A stretch of 64,000 nt of DNA, from assembly GCA_022616075.1 (NCBI GenBank), contig JAKEFK010000024.1, forward strand, positions 572 to 64,571, written 5' to 3'. Shown one piece after another: positions 20,065 through 30,069 of the stretch. A program made the position numbers and the translations under genes. Source of the DNA: a bacterium (GTDB taxonomy: Bacteria > Acidobacteriota > HRBIN11 > JAKEFK01). How positions within the stretch are numbered: the first letter of the stretch is position 1; each line of letters starts with the position of its first letter. The notes beneath the pieces are model-generated. The model saw only the letters and a program-made list of their open reading frames with translations, was not told the origin of the DNA and searched no databases.

Positions 20065-21060
20065 ATGAAGAACAAAGGCAGTTTGATTCTGACACGAAGC
20101 GAAGTTGCGGATCTATTGGATCTGGAATCCTGCATCCAGGCCGTCGAAGACGCGTTCCGCTGGCATGAAGAAGGGGCGGCACTCCATCCAGGTGTTCTGA
20201 GCACACATGCTTCCGATGGAGCATTTCACGTGAAAGCTGCCGGCGTGCAATCGAGCAGGCTCTATTACGCGGCCAAGATCAATGCCAACTTCCCGCAAAA
20301 TACAAAAAAGTTTGGCTTGCCCAGTATTCAAGGGATCATTCTGTTGTGTGACGGCCAAAATGGCTATCCGCTGGCGGTCATAGATTCCATCGAGATTACA
20401 ATCTTGCGGACAGGAGCAGCGACTGCAGTGGCAGCGAAATATCTTGCGGCGCCGGAGGCAGAAACTGCGCTGATCTGGGGCTGCGGAAACCAGGGAAGAA
20501 TTCAGTTGAAATCGATTGCAAAAATCGTTTCGCTGAAACGCGTATTTGCTTATGATGCAGATTCCAAAGTTTTGAACAAATTTGTGGCAGATCTTAGCCA
20601 GGAACTGAATATTGAAGTGATTCCAACATCGGATCCTCTGTCTGCTGCACGGTTCAGCCAGATCTGCGTCACCTGTACTCCATCGCGTACTCCTTTGATC
20701 GGGCCTGAGAATATTTCGGAAGGCGCTTTCATTGCGGGCGTTGGGGCCGATAATCCACAAAAGCATGAACTTGCCCCGGAACTTCTTACTCGCGGCAAAA
20801 TTGTGGTGGATCTTTTGGACCAATGTCTTGTAATGGGGGATCTTCATCATGCAGTGGAAAGAGGTATCGTTCGGGCAGATCAAGTGCACGCAGAACTTGG
20901 CGAGATTGTTTGCGGTAAAAAGAAAGGTCGCGAATCAAAGCAGGAGATTATCATTTTCGACAGCACAGGGACCGCGCTGCAGGACGTGGCTGTTGCCACC
21001 ATTGTGTATGAAAAAGCACTGAAAAGACAAAGCGGTAGGTGGATCGATTTTCAAAAGTAA
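20065..21060 (+). CDS. Ornithine cyclodeaminase/mu-crystallin family enzyme
   Basis: Rossmann motif GCGNQGRIQL and OCD-family N-terminal region. Confidence 0.8.
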   Translation: MKNKGSLILTRSEVADLLDLESCIQAVEDAFRWHEEGAALHPGVLSTHASDGAFHVKAAGVQSSRLYYAAKINANFPQNTKKFGLPSIQGIILLCDGQNGYPLAVIDSIEITILRTGAATAVAAKYLAAPEAETALIWGCGNQGRIQLKSIAKIVSLKRVFAYDADSKVLNKFVADLSQELNIEVIPTSDPLSAARFSQICVTCTPSRTPLIGPENISEGAFIAGVGADNPQKHELAPELLTRGKIVVDLLDQCLVMGDLHHAVERGIVRADQVHAELGEIVCGKKKGRESKQEIIIFDSTGTALQDVAVATIVYEKALKRQSGRWIDFQK

Positions 21061-22415
21061 TTGGAGAAAATCATTTCTTTGCGTCTGCTCTAATGGATGC
21101 TGAAACCTCAAAAACGTATTCGGGCGTTTCATTTGGAGATGCCTTCCGCTTCTGGCTCGTGCTAGGGTTCATCAGCTTTGGTGGTCCCACCGGACAAATT
21201 TCCATCATGCACGAAGAGCTTGTCGAGAAACGGAAATGGATCAGCGAATCCCGCTTCCTTCATGCTCTCAATTACTGCATGCTCCTCCCTGGTCCCGAAG
21301 CGGCACAGCTCGCAATCTATATTGGCTGGCTTTTGCATCGGACGATCGGAGGAATTGTTGCGGGAGTGTTTTTCATCTTACCTTCCATTGTCATCCTGTG
21401 GCTTCTTTCTTACATCTATGTGATTTATGGAAACGTGTTCTGGATTGCTTCCTTATTTTATGGACTCAAGGGCGCCGTGATGGCAATCGTCGCTGCAGCA
21501 GTCCTGCGTATCGGAAAGAAAGCTCTAAAGAATGAAGTGATGTGGGTAGTGGCCGGCTGCGCGTTTATTGCGATTTTCTTTTTGAAAGTTGCTTTTCCCT
21601 GGGTCATCTTTTCCGCCTGTTTCATCGGCCTCCTGGGGGGAAAACTGTATCCGGCAAAATTCGCGGTCTTGCGTACTGCAAACAGAAATGTTTCCGATGT
21701 TGCGCAAATCAATGATCAGACGGCCTCACCTCCACACGCCAAACCATCGCTTGTGCGAGCGATCAAAATCTGTATTGTATCAATGTTCTTGTGGTGGACA
21801 CCGGTTTTCCTGACCGCAATGTTCCTGGGGCGCGAACACACAATCTTTCGAGAAGGTATTTTCTTTAGCAAAGCGGCTGTGATTACAGTTGGAGGCGCCT
21901 ACGCCGTGCTTCCCTACATATCCCAACAGGCTGTCGAGAAGTATAACTGGCTGCAGCCGGGTCAGATGATGGATGGTTTGGGATTGGCGGAAACCACACC
22001 CGGACCGTTGATCATGGTTGTTCAATTTGTAGGATTTCTGGGAGGCTGGAATCATCCCGGAGAACTTCCGCGTCTTTCAGCAGCAACGTGGGCCGCGCTT
22101 TTAACTACGTGGGTTACATTCGTTCCATGCTTTTTGTGGATTTTTTTAGGCGCTCCGCATGTGGAACAATTGCGGAGCAATCGCTCCCTGACGGCAATGT
22201 TATCCGTGATCACAGCCGCTGTCGTTGGAGTTGTTCTAAACCTTGCCGTTTGGTTCGCAATTCATTCTTTAATTCCTGCTCCCGGAACCATTGATTATTT
22301 TCTATTGTTTCTTTCTGTCACTTTCTTTATCGGGATCATCCGCTTTTCCTGGAATGTCGTCCCTGTGGTTATCGCTTCAGGAGCGCTTGGGATCGCTTAC
22401 AGAATCTTATCTTGA
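21039..22415 (+). CDS. chrA: Chromate ion transporter ChrA (duplicated CHR domains)
   Basis: FISFGGPTGQISIMHEELVEKRKWISESRFLHALNYCMLLPGPEAAQLAIYIGW plus a second CHR repeat. The start may be the internal Met near 21093. Confidence 0.8.
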   Translation: MDRFSKVIGENHFFASALMDAETSKTYSGVSFGDAFRFWLVLGFISFGGPTGQISIMHEELVEKRKWISESRFLHALNYCMLLPGPEAAQLAIYIGWLLHRTIGGIVAGVFFILPSIVILWLLSYIYVIYGNVFWIASLFYGLKGAVMAIVAAAVLRIGKKALKNEVMWVVAGCAFIAIFFLKVAFPWVIFSACFIGLLGGKLYPAKFAVLRTANRNVSDVAQINDQTASPPHAKPSLVRAIKICIVSMFLWWTPVFLTAMFLGREHTIFREGIFFSKAAVITVGGAYAVLPYISQQAVEKYNWLQPGQMMDGLGLAETTPGPLIMVVQFVGFLGGWNHPGELPRLSAATWAALLTTWVTFVPCFLWIFLGAPHVEQLRSNRSLTAMLSVITAAVVGVVLNLAVWFAIHSLIPAPGTIDYFLLFLSVTFFIGIIRFSWNVVPVVIASGALGIAYRILS

Positions 22416-23144
22416 ATTCCTGAATAGTTTGAATGGAGGGCAGGTTCTCTGTCTGAGTCTACAAGGATGCAGATTTTCCCAAAATGAGTTGCTCCTGCCA
22501 GATGCTGAAATGCCTGAGCCGCTTCATGGCAAATAAAGACACCCCTCCGGTTCCCAACACCACGACTGTGTCTTCCGGCCTGAGACGCCCTGCGCAAACC
22601 ACGGCATTCCATGCCGTAACTCCCGCGCACGGAAGCGTTGCAGCTTCTTCATCGGACAGATGCGGCGGGACCGGTACGACACTATCTTCGTCTACTGCGA
22701 TGTATTGTGCGAGAACCCATCGGCTACTGCGCCTCCGAGCGGAGAGACAAGTTTTTCCGGAGAGACTTCGCCCTCCAGCCACCTGGGATAAAAGATGGGC
22801 GCAACGCGATCTCCCTTCTTGACTCTGGTTACTCCGGTACCTGTCGTTTCGACAACGCCGGCTGCATCGGAGACAGGAACGCGGCCGGAAGGAGGTCTCC
22901 AACGGTTAACACCGTTTACTACGAGTAAGTCTCGATAATTGAGTGAAACCGCCCGGACGTTCAAGACAATCTGGCCGGGTTCGGCCACAGGCTCCGGACG
23001 TTCGACAACCTTTAAAGAATCAATACCAAATTTTTCACCAACTTTAATGACGCGCATGTTCCTGTCCTTTCCTTTATCACTCGTATCTAATTGCCACGGT
23101 TGGATCAACTCGCGATGCACGGCGAGCCGGAACAAAACATGCAA
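22397..23144 (-). pseudogene. Second MDR quinone-oxidoreductase paralog, frameshifted and C-terminally truncated
   Basis: N-terminal domain intact (SLNYRDLLVVNG; EEAATLPCAGVTAWNAV; VVVLGTGGVSLFAM), then frame breaks. About 80 aa of the C-terminus are missing where the ChrA gene ends. Confidence 0.6.
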
Positions 23145-25518
23145 ACAGAGCTACAAAAACCAGCAGCAATACGATCACAATGAATGTCTGCGGGTCGGTT
23201 ACACTGACACCGAAGAGCAGGTTCTTGATTAGCCGCGTCACCGCAAGCGACGCCACGAAACCAAGCGGTACGCCAATGAATGTTAGCTTCATACCTTGAC
23301 CGATCACGAGTTTCAATACGTCACTCCGCCTTGCTCCGAGCGCCATCCGAATGCCGATTTCATGAGTGCGTTGTGCTACTCCGTACGAGATCGCACCGTA
23401 GAGTCCTGTGGCCGCAAGCACCAATGCCGCGACTGCAAAAATGGTTAGCAGCCACGCATTGAAGCATCGCGGAGCGATTGAAGCGGACATGTACTGCTGC
23501 ATGGTCCGCATGTTCGAACTGGGCACATCGCGATCGACCGCCTGTATTTCGCGGCGCACCGCAGATGACAACGTCATAGGCTCAACTGCCGTGCGAATCA
23601 GCCAGTATTGATTTCTCGTCATCCACACCACGTCATCTTCGTGAAACTGATGGATCGGAAGGTAAATGTGAAGCGATGGGTCGCTGTCCAGGCTCGCATG
23701 TTTCACGTCTCCCATCACGCCTACTATTTCAACAGGACGGGGACCTGTGTCATTGTCATCGATGAGAAGATACGCCCCGATTGGGCTACTGTTTGGCCAG
23801 TACCGCCTGGCAAAATTCTGACTGATGAGAGCTACCGGTTTGGTCTGCGCCGTATCGTGCTCTTTGAATTCACGGCCAGTGATCAACGGAATCCTCATCG
23901 CCTCGAAGTAACCTGCGCTGGCAATACGAAAGTCTGCCATCATCGCTTCATCAGGAGGGGTTGCGCGCCCCTCTATGGTAACTGGTACGCGGGCCAAAAC
24001 GCCGCTCAGCGGAAGCGTGGAGACGAGGCCAACACTTTCGACTCCTGGCAAACTTTCAAGGCGTGGCCGGAGCTTTTCATAAAATCCGGTGACTGCAGCG
24101 CGGTTGGAGTAAGTTGTTTTTGGTAATGAAAGCCTTAGCGCCAGAACGTTATCTGCATCGAATCCGGGACTGACTTCTTGCAGCCGCAGAAAACTTTTAA
24201 CAAGCAAACCGGCGCCGGCCAGCAGAACAAGTGAGAGGGCGATTTGAAAGATGACCAGGAAGCCTCGCGCACGACTTTGTCGCGGTCCGCTGACAGATCC
24301 ACGAACCCTCTCTTTGAGTTCGTCATTCAGACTTACGCGTGTCGTTTGCCATGCTGGGGCCACACCGAAGATCATCGCAGTCAACAGCGAAAGCGCGAGC
24401 GTGAACAGAATCACGCGAAAGTCCACAGAGACTTCCGCAATGCGCGGCAGGTTTTCCGGGCTGAGCACAAGCAACAATGGACTGCCATAGTATGCAAGCA
24501 GCAATCCACCTACGGCGCCTAGCAGAGCAATCAACAAGCTCTCTGTTGCAAGTTGCTGAATTAAACGCCAGCGATTGGCGCCGAGGCCCATCCGAATGGC
24601 CATCTCGCGGCGCCGCGTTGATGCCCGCACCAGCGCCAGATTCGCCAGATTCACACAAGTGATCAGAAGCACCACACCGATTGCTCCAAACAAGACCCAC
24701 AACGCGACGCGGAAGTTTCCCACGACTTCTTCATGCAACGGAGTAAGCGTGACGCCAAGCTTTTGTCGATTGGCGACCGAGTATTGCTGCCGAACCCGCT
24801 CGGCTATGGAAGTTAAATCCGCTTCAGCTTGTTGGAGTGTGATGCCCTGCTTCCTCCGCGCAACGGCGAGCAAGAAATTTGTCGATGTGCGTATGTTGCG
24901 CGATGGATCGGCATCAGGAGCCAGCGGAACCGCGAGTTCCGCTTCTCTGATCGGAAAGAAAAACTGTGGCGGCAGGACGCCCACCACCGTGTAGCTCGCG
25001 CCATTCAGTGTGAGCGTTTGTCCATCGAGCAGCGGATCAGCGCCAAATCGCCGCTGCCACAAACCGTGACCTACGACTACTACATTTTCCTGACCGGGTG
25101 TGTCCTCTGCAGCCAGCAAAGTACGCCCGATCAACGCTTCCACGCCAAGTAACTGAAAGGCGTTTGCTGAAATTCGGAGGCCTTGCAATCGCTCAGGGTC
25201 ACCGCGGCCGGTTAGATTCGCACTCCAATTCGCAAACGCTCCGATGTCGTCCAGGCTTCGATTCTGGTCTCGAAAGTCGATGAAATCAGGAAGATTAAAC
25301 GGGCGCTTGCCCGGGTCCACGCGGCGCGAAGTCATCCACACCAATTGTTCCGGCTGCTTGAAGGGAAGTTGGCGCAACAGGATGCCATTGACTAGACTGA
25401 AGATCGCTGTATTACCACCGATGCCGAGTGTAAGTGCAAGCACTGCCTCCAGTGAAAAGCCCGGTTGCTTGAGCATTGTTCGAATTGCGTACCGTAAGTC
25501 TTGCCAGAGATCTTCCAC
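23077..25518 (-). CDS. ADOP-family (Acidobacterial duplicated orphan permease) FtsX/MacB-like ABC permease
   Basis: 813 aa with a duplicated FtsX architecture and the MEDLWQDLRYAIRTMLKQPGFSLEAVLALTLGIGGNTAIFS N-terminus characteristic of ADOP proteins. Confidence 0.85.
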   Translation of the reverse strand: MEDLWQDLRYAIRTMLKQPGFSLEAVLALTLGIGGNTAIFSLVNGILLRQLPFKQPEQLVWMTSRRVDPGKRPFNLPDFIDFRDQNRSLDDIGAFANWSANLTGRGDPERLQGLRISANAFQLLGVEALIGRTLLAAEDTPGQENVVVVGHGLWQRRFGADPLLDGQTLTLNGASYTVVGVLPPQFFFPIREAELAVPLAPDADPSRNIRTSTNFLLAVARRKQGITLQQAEADLTSIAERVRQQYSVANRQKLGVTLTPLHEEVVGNFRVALWVLFGAIGVVLLITCVNLANLALVRASTRRREMAIRMGLGANRWRLIQQLATESLLIALLGAVGGLLLAYYGSPLLLVLSPENLPRIAEVSVDFRVILFTLALSLLTAMIFGVAPAWQTTRVSLNDELKERVRGSVSGPRQSRARGFLVIFQIALSLVLLAGAGLLVKSFLRLQEVSPGFDADNVLALRLSLPKTTYSNRAAVTGFYEKLRPRLESLPGVESVGLVSTLPLSGVLARVPVTIEGRATPPDEAMMADFRIASAGYFEAMRIPLITGREFKEHDTAQTKPVALISQNFARRYWPNSSPIGAYLLIDDNDTGPRPVEIVGVMGDVKHASLDSDPSLHIYLPIHQFHEDDVVWMTRNQYWLIRTAVEPMTLSSAVRREIQAVDRDVPSSNMRTMQQYMSASIAPRCFNAWLLTIFAVAALVLAATGLYGAISYGVAQRTHEIGIRMALGARRSDVLKLVIGQGMKLTFIGVPLGFVASLAVTRLIKNLLFGVSVTDPQTFIVIVLLLVFVALFACFVPARRASRVDPTVAIRYE

Positions 25519-25547
25519 AATATTTTCCTCCTTGAAGAAACTAAGGA

Positions 25548-26528
25548 TCCGTTAGCGCATGACGGTATCTGTGTGGAGTGGTTCCTAAAGAACGTACAAA
25601 AGCGCGTCGCATCACAGCGGCATTTGCGAATCCGCAGATAGAGGCAATCTGTTTGAGACCTCTGTCCGTTCGTTCGAGCTGGAGCCGTGCTGCTTCCACA
25701 CGAATTCGCAGAAGACATCCGTTCGAAGTTTCGAACGCTCATGGCTACGCGGTCTGCAAGGATCTGAACAGTGAGTTTCCTGTGAACGTTTTCCCGAATC
25801 CAAACTTGAAGCTCCTGTATCGCTTTCATTTCCGATGCCTGAGCGGCCAACGATACGCTTACCTGTTTCTGTTTGCCGGATCTGCGGAGAAACAAAACCA
25901 GTTCGCGCGCTATTTCCTGCGCAACGGAGACGCCGCAATCTTCTTCCACCCAGGCAAGGGCCAGATCGATTCCCGCCGAAATGCCTGCGGAGGTATAAAT
26001 GTTTCCATCCTTCACCCAGATCGGCTCCGATTCGACTTTCACCCTCGGATAGCGATTTGCCATCTCCTGTCCGAATTTCCAATGTGTAGTCGCTCTTTTG
26101 CCATCCAGCAAACCGGCTTCTGCCAGCAAAAACGAGGCAACGCAAACGGAGCCGAATCTGCGAACAATGGGAGCTGTTTTTTTCATCCATGCGAACAGAA
26201 CCGGATCGTATTCGGTGCGCGTTTTAAGTCCGCACACAAGCAGCACCGAATCGAATTTCCCCTTCACATCCTGAATGTAACCGTGTGCAGCAAAGGAAAG
26301 CAGACCTTCCTCTCCCTGAACAACCAGTTCTTTCTTGTTGGTGACAACTTCCACTTCATAAACTGCCTTGCCGGACAGACGATTTGCAGCACCAAGAACT
26401 TTGAGGAGGCCCACGAGATCCATCTCATCAACAGGCGGGACGACTACTACAATGATCCGCTTTCCATTCGATCCTGTAGCCTGATAGTTCTTCGTCATCT
26501 TTTGCCCAAGTATACTCGGCCAAAACAT
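25548..26528 (-). CDS. GlxA-type regulator (DJ-1/PfpI domain plus AraC HTH), C-terminal HTH region frameshifted or deleted
   Basis: DJ-1/PfpI N-terminus. The AraC HTH (LLRIRVEAARLQLERTDRGLKQIASICGFANAAVMRRAFVRSLGTTPHRYR) is recovered only in another frame. The called frame runs 127 nt into the permease gene. Confidence 0.6.
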
Positions 26529-26715
26529 TTTCGAGCAAGAGAATATGTACCGTTTGGCGGAAAATGACTTTCTTCTGTCGCGAAACGGCGTTAAGCAATC
26601 TGTAAGAGCCGAGAATAGGTTTTTAATCTTGGCATCTTGGCGGTTAGAATTACATGTTTAGAAATCGGTAGCGCAGATTTTTCGCAAATTTTATGATAAC
26701 GGCAGATTCAAGAAA

Positions 26716-27603
26716 ATGCTTTCACAGAGACGACTGTTTCTGGTCCTCGCCGTATCAGCAACAGTCCTTTTTTGGGGCTCATCCTTTGTGGCGATCAGGG
26801 CGGCTCTAAAGGATTATGGAGCGGAGCAGCTTGTGTGTCTTCGATTTTTGGTCAGCTCATTCATACTGTTCGGTATAGCAATCGTGAGGCGGGTTCCACT
26901 TCCCAGAATATCGGATGTACTGGCAATCTTTCTTTGCGGTGTGCTCGGAATAACCTTCTACCAGCTTGCATTAAGCTTCGGGCAGAAGACTGTAAATGCC
27001 GGAGCAGCCTGCTTGATAATCAACACGGCGCCTATTTACACGATCTTGTTGGCGCGCGTTTTCTTGAAAGAACAATTCTCACCAAGGATCTGGATCGGAA
27101 CAACGATCAGTTTAGCCGGAACTACTTTGATTGCTCTTGGCGAGAGTGGAGGGATTGTAATCAACCGGGGCGCCATTCTGATTGCCCTTGCCGCTTTATG
27201 TTATGCGGCGTCTGTCATCTTGCAAAAACCGTTGATGAAACGATACGAACCAGCCGCCTTCTCAAGTTACTTGATCTGGTCAGGTTCCGTCTTGCTACTT
27301 CCCTTTATTCCCGGCGCTGTTTCCAGAGCCAACGAGGCAAGCATCACCACAAGCGGCGCTATCGTTTATTTGAGTGTGTTTCCTACTGTGATCGGCTTCT
27401 ATTCTTGGTCCTTTGTACTATCGCATCTGCCCGCGAGCAAGACAGTTTCATTTCTTTACATGATGCCTGTTGTTGCTGTGCTTTTGGAGTGGATCATCTT
27501 TCGTGAATTGCCGCGATCTTTGACTGCTGTTGGTGGACTTTTCTCGCTGGTGGGCGTGGTTCTTGTAAACACTTCTAAATTTGCTAAAAACAAAAACACC
27601 TGA
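26716..27603 (+). CDS. EamA/DMT-family transporter
   Basis: Ten predicted transmembrane segments with two EamA repeats. Confidence 0.8.
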   Translation: MLSQRRLFLVLAVSATVLFWGSSFVAIRAALKDYGAEQLVCLRFLVSSFILFGIAIVRRVPLPRISDVLAIFLCGVLGITFYQLALSFGQKTVNAGAACLIINTAPIYTILLARVFLKEQFSPRIWIGTTISLAGTTLIALGESGGIVINRGAILIALAALCYAASVILQKPLMKRYEPAAFSSYLIWSGSVLLLPFIPGAVSRANEASITTSGAIVYLSVFPTVIGFYSWSFVLSHLPASKTVSFLYMMPVVAVLLEWIIFRELPRSLTAVGGLFSLVGVVLVNTSKFAKNKNT

Positions 27604-27673
27604 CACGTGCGCCAGTGTAATCGCCAGTTCAAAAACGCCGGGAAACGAACTTTTCCACAGCTACTCCACTGAC

Positions 27674-28355
27674 TTAGAATTGCACGTTGACTTCCGATGA
27701 ACAGGATTGAAAGGATCCGTTTTCACAAACCTTATATCGAAAGGAGGCTCCTTTTTTACTAGTCGCGTCGTCCCAGTGATAACTATCGTTCGGAGTTGTC
27801 AGGCGTTTGACTCCATTTCTGAATAAAACGACATTTTCCGAGCGCACATCCGTTCCCCAATCCAGATAAACGAGTCTCCGACCATTAGAGACAACGGCTT
27901 TGCCGAAGAGTGGAACGATGATCTTGTTTGGGACGAACGCAGGAGGTACGGGGCATGAATTGAACCCGTTGTTTGACAAGATTCCCACGGTTTCGCTTTT
28001 TTCATTTAACACAATGACATCCGGTTTAGAATCGCGATTCACATCCTTAATCGCCACATCGAAACCCGGGCCAAACTCCGTCGCTTCGGGTCGGGCACAG
28101 ATTCTCGTAGTTCAGGAATGCATCGAAGCAACCTGCGCCATTGTTTATGAGAATCCGGAGGTGGCCTTGTCTGTTAATGATTGCCAGATCATCATCACCA
28201 TCACCGTCCAAATCGCCAACCGCCACAACTTCCGGGATTGCGCCAGCATTGTAGTTCAACGGACTTGCCAGGTTAATTTGCGCTGTTGTTATTAAAGGAA
28301 ACAATAACAAGGAACACACAACAAGGATCACAATGGTGAAAGCAATTTCACTCCT
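27674..28355 (-). CDS. Secreted FG-GAP/VCBS-repeat protein, frameshifted near 28070-28100
   Basis: Signal peptide MRSEIAFTIVILVVCSLLLFPLITTAQ, then DLDGDGDDDLAIIN and FGPGFDVAIKDVNRDSKPDVIV repeats in two frames. Confidence 0.6.
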
Positions 28356-28616
28356 CATATCTTCTCCTCGATCCGACGAGATCTTTACTTTCCAATATAG
28401 GTCCGGCAAGCAGAACAGATTTGTTATGACAGCGTAAAATTTTTCTTTATTTTTATTCATCATATCGATGAGACAAAAGAATTAGTCTTATGAACGCCAC
28501 GGTGAGGCTAAGGAAGGATGGAAGGATATGATTAGCCGATGAGATCGTGCCGCAGATCTCAACGCTCTAAAACTTGAGTGAGGTCCTGCCACTGTCAGGC
28601 GCTTGCGTCGTTAATA

Positions 28617-29312
28617 CTAATAGAGTAGTTTTTGGACAACAGCGTTTACATGAATCCGGGTTGTATCGAGCAAAGGGACTTGAGCGCCCGCCTGATTATC
28701 CAAAATCAGCGGTAATTCGGTTCCCGCCAGAATCAGACCCTGAATCTGTTCCCGTTCCAACATCCTGCCGGCAATCTTCAGAAGCTGACTACGAGTTTCT
28801 GGAAAAAACATCCCTTTGAGTAACTCATTCATGTATTTGTCATGAATAAAGTCACGTTCATTTTTATCGGGAACCACCAGCGCCATTTGTCTCTTTCGAA
28901 ATATGGTTGCGTAAAACTCTCCCTCCATTGTGAAACGAGTGCCAAACAGCCCAAGCTTTTGCAAACCCACAGATGAGGCAAAGTCACAGGCGGCCTCTAC
29001 GATACTTATCAAGGGGAGAGCCACCTTTTTGCAGATCTCATCAAAAACAATGTGCGGCGTGTTTGCGGCCATAATTCCGAAATCGGCTCCTGCCCTTTCG
29101 AGTCGTTCGATTTCATTAGCAAGATACTCGACAAGTTTTGGCAGTTCGTTTGCGGCAGCCATTTGGAGCATTCTGTTCACGTCTATGCTGTTTATGATGA
29201 TGGAAGGGTAGCTGCCGTCACGCTTTTGCTCGCGATACACTGCAATGATAGACTTGTAGTAATCGACAGTCGATTCCGGCCCGATACCGCCAATAATTCC
29301 TACAGTCTTCAT
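28617..29312 (-). CDS. Asp/Glu/hydantoin racemase-family protein (aspartate racemase-like)
   Basis: GGIGPESTVDYY plus a second catalytic Cys region. This is the Asp/Glu racemase fold. Confidence 0.75.
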   Translation of the reverse strand: MKTVGIIGGIGPESTVDYYKSIIAVYREQKRDGSYPSIIINSIDVNRMLQMAAANELPKLVEYLANEIERLERAGADFGIMAANTPHIVFDEICKKVALPLISIVEAACDFASSVGLQKLGLFGTRFTMEGEFYATIFRKRQMALVVPDKNERDFIHDKYMNELLKGMFFPETRSQLLKIAGRMLEREQIQGLILAGTELPLILDNQAGAQVPLLDTTRIHVNAVVQKLLY

Positions 29313-29337
29313 CCGAATTTATTACGGTTCCTAACGC

Positions 29338-29721
29338 CTATTCTAGAGCGGTTGCTTCAATTTCAATCAAGCAGTCCATAGGTAACCGGCTTGCTTCGAT
29401 TGTTGTTCGAACTGGAGGCTTTTCTCTGAAGAACGTTGCGTAAACCTCGTTCATGCCGGCAAAATCATCCATGGTTTTGAGATAGACAACGCACCTCACA
29501 ACTTTCCTCATGCTGGTTCCGGCGGCTTCCAGCAGACTGGATACATTCTGAAGAGCGCGTTTAGTCTGACGATCGATTCCTCCTTTGACGAGCTCTTGCG
29601 TCGTGGGATCAAGAGGAATCTGTCCTGTAGCAAATACAAATCCATTCGCTTTAATCGCTTGCGAATACGGCCCGATGGGATTTGGAGCGGCATCCGTGGT
29701 TACAACCTCAATCATAAACAC
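29338..29721 (-). CDS. RidA/YjgF-family protein, second paralog
   Basis: PIGPYSQAIKANGFVFATGQIP...VVYLKTMDDFAGMNEVY. Confidence 0.8.
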   Translation of the reverse strand: MFMIEVVTTDAAPNPIGPYSQAIKANGFVFATGQIPLDPTTQELVKGGIDRQTKRALQNVSSLLEAAGTSMRKVVRCVVYLKTMDDFAGMNEVYATFFREKPPVRTTIEASRLPMDCLIEIEATALE

Positions 29722-30069
29722 TCCCTTCGATCATTATTTTTCTCGGCTGTGGTTTTAATTCCATTCCGCACTTCGCACAAAGATTCCATTGCAAATGTTG
29801 TTATGAGAGAACCGGACAGCAAAAGGGTACGCATCTCTTTTCCTCGCTTTTTAGCGCAGGTACTTTCTAGACAGGTTACTGCCTGAGAAAGTGTTTGTAA
29901 AATTGATTGTTTTCATTACTGTGATGAAAAATCTAAATTCATTGGAAAGGGATTCAAATCTTTATTTCCCACTGAAAAAGCGTAAGTGCCTCCATTTTCG
30001 ACTTCCATATTACGCATCGAGAATTGCCCCAGGTCCGATGTGCTTCAATCTTTCGCAGTTGTCAAATTC

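Noticed and set aside
20113-20889. 258-aa antisense ORF inside the ornithine cyclodeaminase gene
   Set aside because: Cys/Arg-rich nonsense translation. The sense frame has the Rossmann motif and family-wide similarity.
25392-25547. C-terminal 50 aa of the 25392..26528 ORF as real GlxA sequence overlapping the ADOP permease
   Set aside because: The tail is garbled in this frame. The genuine AraC HTH is recovered in the +1 frame and ends near 25548, so the long overlap is a frameshift artefact.
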